Below the pieces are notes generated by a model. It ran no database searches. It was not told the DNA's origin and saw only the letters and a program-made list of their open reading frames with translations. DNA of 64,000 nt, filler included, from Diploschistes diacapsis (Eukaryota): assembly GCA_023645945.1 (NCBI GenBank). It is 12 parts of 12 records of this genome, joined end to end, with 100 filler letters (N's around TTAATTAATTAA, not from the genome) between each part and the next. Parts side by side here need not be neighbours in the genome. Positions count along the whole stretch, not along the records: positions 60,707 to 64,000 come from JALAIB010001961.1; 11 more parts are not named here. The stretch is one strand, 5' to 3'. Positions 61,588 to 64,000 of this stretch are shown piece by piece (within the stretch, counting starts at the first letter, position 1; the number at the start of each line of letters is the position of its first letter). A program made the translations under genes and the position numbers.

Positions 61588-62216
61588 TTTGGGGGAATGG
61601 ATACCTAGGCTTAAGAGCTACTACTGAAGGGAGAGAGAAAGAAGCGCAGCGCAATCGTGATATACGTCCAGTTCGAATCTCCGAATAAATACCAATTAGG
61701 CTGGGAAGTCGTGCCTGGATGACACTCTTTGGCAACTTGCCGGCAAAGGGTTGGGAGGTTCTAAGGAAGCTTCATGATCCACAGCTTCTAAACAACGATG
61801 TAACCTCACTCGTTCATAGAACAAGTTAGAATCCTATCGTTCCGTGGGCGTTGCTTATCATTATGAATTTACGACAGCACTCACTGGTAAGTTAGATAAA
61901 AAGTAGGTATTCGTCAATCATCATAACATGCACAAAATCATCAGCAGTCCACAACCGACCGCAACCCTTTTGTAATGGAATAGCCCCCGGCATTTCTCCA
62001 GATTGGAATATGGTGCAGACATTACAATGTAGGATGAGTAACTTGCAAGCTTTAGTAAGTCCTCGTCATTCGGGTTCGTATATAAGTGTTGTCGTAAGCT
62101 TCGTTTCTAGGAGAAAACTCAAAGTCCATGGCACCTTTCTAAGCAACGCCGGCTATGCAGTACCTAATTTGACTCGTACACCCCAAGGCACCATTGATGG
62201 GTCAAAACTAAGCATC

Positions 62217-62829
62217 TCAAACCGCAACCCAAGCGACCGTAAGGACAACATCGAATTCTCTCTGGCTGTCCCCGTCGGCACCACTCTGCTTGTAGCTCCA
62301 GATAGCGTCCTTCTCTTGGTTCCAGAACGCCCCACTGGCAGTGTGCATTCCACGGCTGGCGGTTGGAGGTGGTACCGGCTCGCCTTCCTTAGCTTCCTTC
62401 TTCAACTCGTGCTGGATAATTGTGCTGGTGACAATGAATTTGTAGGAGTTTGGGGGGACCGTCGTGGTAAGGGAGTTGAGGAGGGTGCCCTTTGAGTAGA
62501 GAATTAGCCTACCGAAGAGATTGAAGAGAAAGAAGTACTCACGATGATGACATCGTTCCAGCCCTTGGTATTCGAGTGCTCATATGTTTGACCTTTGCCT
62601 TCGAAAGCTTTCTCACAAGCCTGGGAAGAATCAGTTAATCATCTAACCCGAAGGCTTGGACCCCCAGCGTCTTGCTCAAAGGGAGGCTTACGTCTTTGGC
62701 AAACTGGGTCAACTTGTCTTGGTCAACGGGCTAGGCCATGTTAGCCGACAGAAAGCATGACCACATCATTGTCTTGTGGTGAGCTACTCGTGTACTTACA
62801 AACTTGGTAGCACCAACTGGGTCGGCCAT
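62217..62829 (-). CDS. Dynein light chain Tctex-1 family
   Basis: Four exons splice in frame: MADPVGATKF|PVDQDKLTQFAKD|ACEKAF..WNDVII|GTLLNSL..YKFIVTSTIIQH..RGMHTASGAFWNQEKD. Confidence 0.9.
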
Positions 62830-63634
62830 TGCGTATTGGAGCTGTGCAAAAAGTTCCAAGATGGGATGGTTGAGTGAGATGGTGAAATCCGAAGCTCAAC
62901 GAAGGACTGAAACAATGCTTGATAGCAGCTAAATGAGCGTGAGTCGATGTTGAATGTTGAGTTGAAGAAAAGAAAGCTTGAGCAGAAGACGGGCAGCTGG
63001 TTAGATATATACAAAGCTATTGCGACCAATGGAAGAAGGCACTGTTGAAGCTCGTTGCACCTACCTCACGCGAGTAATCTTACTACTTTGTGTTCCGCAA
63101 GCTCGAACTACTTCTCGTAGACAGACGCAAAAGCTCTCCGATTCTTTAAGCAGCTCTTTGGAACGACAACGCACTCGCCTTATACACGGCATCTCTATTG
63201 CCCATTGTCAAACCTTCCCATGAACTTGAATTCGAGTAATTACTTCGAGTAATTACCTAGAATTCCCCGAGCGGGGTGGGTTATGCAAAAGTACTCCCCG
63301 CAGTATCGTACATGCAAAGAGACCTAAGCATATCTTTATGCCTACTAGGTACATAAATTCTGCCCGCACCTTTTTCTTGCTTCGTCTGAATTAAAAACCG
63401 CCTGTACAACAGGTCGCCAATCCACGCCCCGAGCTCCTGCAGCTGCTCCTACTACTCCTAGTCTCGACTTCCCCCTCCCCCAGAGCCCCGCCGCGTCTAG
63501 ACGAAACGCAACGCAGCAGCAGCAGCAGCAGCAGCGGCGGCCGCAACCGCTCCTTCCCACCCTACTGTATCAGCCCCTCCCCCAGCGCGCACCTCCTGCA
63601 CCACCACCACCACCACACAACATCAGCAAGCACG

Positions 63635-64000
63635 ATGTCCTCGCAGCCCCTCCTCTCCACATCCGCGGGCAAGCGCATCTCGCTTCCCACGCGCGTCGAG
63701 CCCAAAGTCTTCTTCGCCAACGAACGCACCTTCCTCTCGTGGCTCAACTTTACCGTCGTCCTCGGTGGCCTGGCCATCGGCCTGCTCAACTTCGGCGACT
63801 CCGTCGGCCGCATCAGCGCCGGCCTGTTCACCCTGGTGGCTCTGGCCGCCATGCTCTATGCCCTGGCCACCTTCCACTGGAGGGCGAGGAGTATAAGACG
63901 GAGGGGCCAGGGTGGGTTTGATGATCGGTGGGGGCCGACGGTGCTGGCGGTTGCCTTGCTGGCGGCTGTGGGGGTGAATTTTGTGTTGAGGGTTGTGGAA
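63635..64000 (+). CDS. VTC1: Vacuolar transporter chaperone 1 (DUF202), runs off the window
   Basis: [37 protein letters not shown]. Confidence 0.95.
   Translation, partial: MSSQPLLSTSAGKRISLPTRVEPKVFFANERTFLSWLNFTVVLGGLAIGLLNFGDSVGRISAGLFTLVALAAMLYALATFHWRARSIRRRGQGGFDDRWGPTVLAVALLAAVGVNFVLRVVE

Overview
Filamentous ascomycete (Pezizomycotina-type) draft genome. Evidence: short GT..CTRAY..YAG introns, fungal housekeeping genes and RIP-degraded transposons. The window is not contiguous DNA. It is 12 contigs joined by artificial 100-bp linkers (N44-TTAATTAATTAA-N44), and the ten complete internal contigs fall in size from 3387 to 3350 bp, so adjacency across linkers means nothing. The first contig (1-25972) carries NAM9, a Crh-type GH16, a ~9.7-kb interval lacking recognisable genes (two orphan ORFs, LTR relics and a densely base-paired minus-strand tract with a CUAACCCU motif, a candidate telomerase RNA), EXO70, a cPLA2/lysophospholipase, rad26/ATRIP and CDS1. 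The small contigs carry DES1, ATG33, SPS19, STN1, a TPR-DnaJ, a 2-oxoglutarate/malate carrier, SCJ1, an HSL-type hydrolase, Tctex-1 and VTC1, plus nests of RIP-mutated Gypsy/chromovirus, pogo/Fot1, hAT-MITE and Helentron-like elements. Most notable: (1) the structured candidate ncRNA at ~11.7-12.9 kb; (2) an intact spliced small secreted protein with repeated LxxR-type pro-motifs and a C-terminal CxxC..CxxC Zn-ribbon, sitting inside a dead TE nest (42052-42445); (3) a relic antisense Zn-cluster-like/coiled-coil ORF inside a Gypsy element; (4) a 15-bp satellite apparently expanded inside a Helentron-like element. All product calls come from motif recognition by eye; no searches or folding programs were run.
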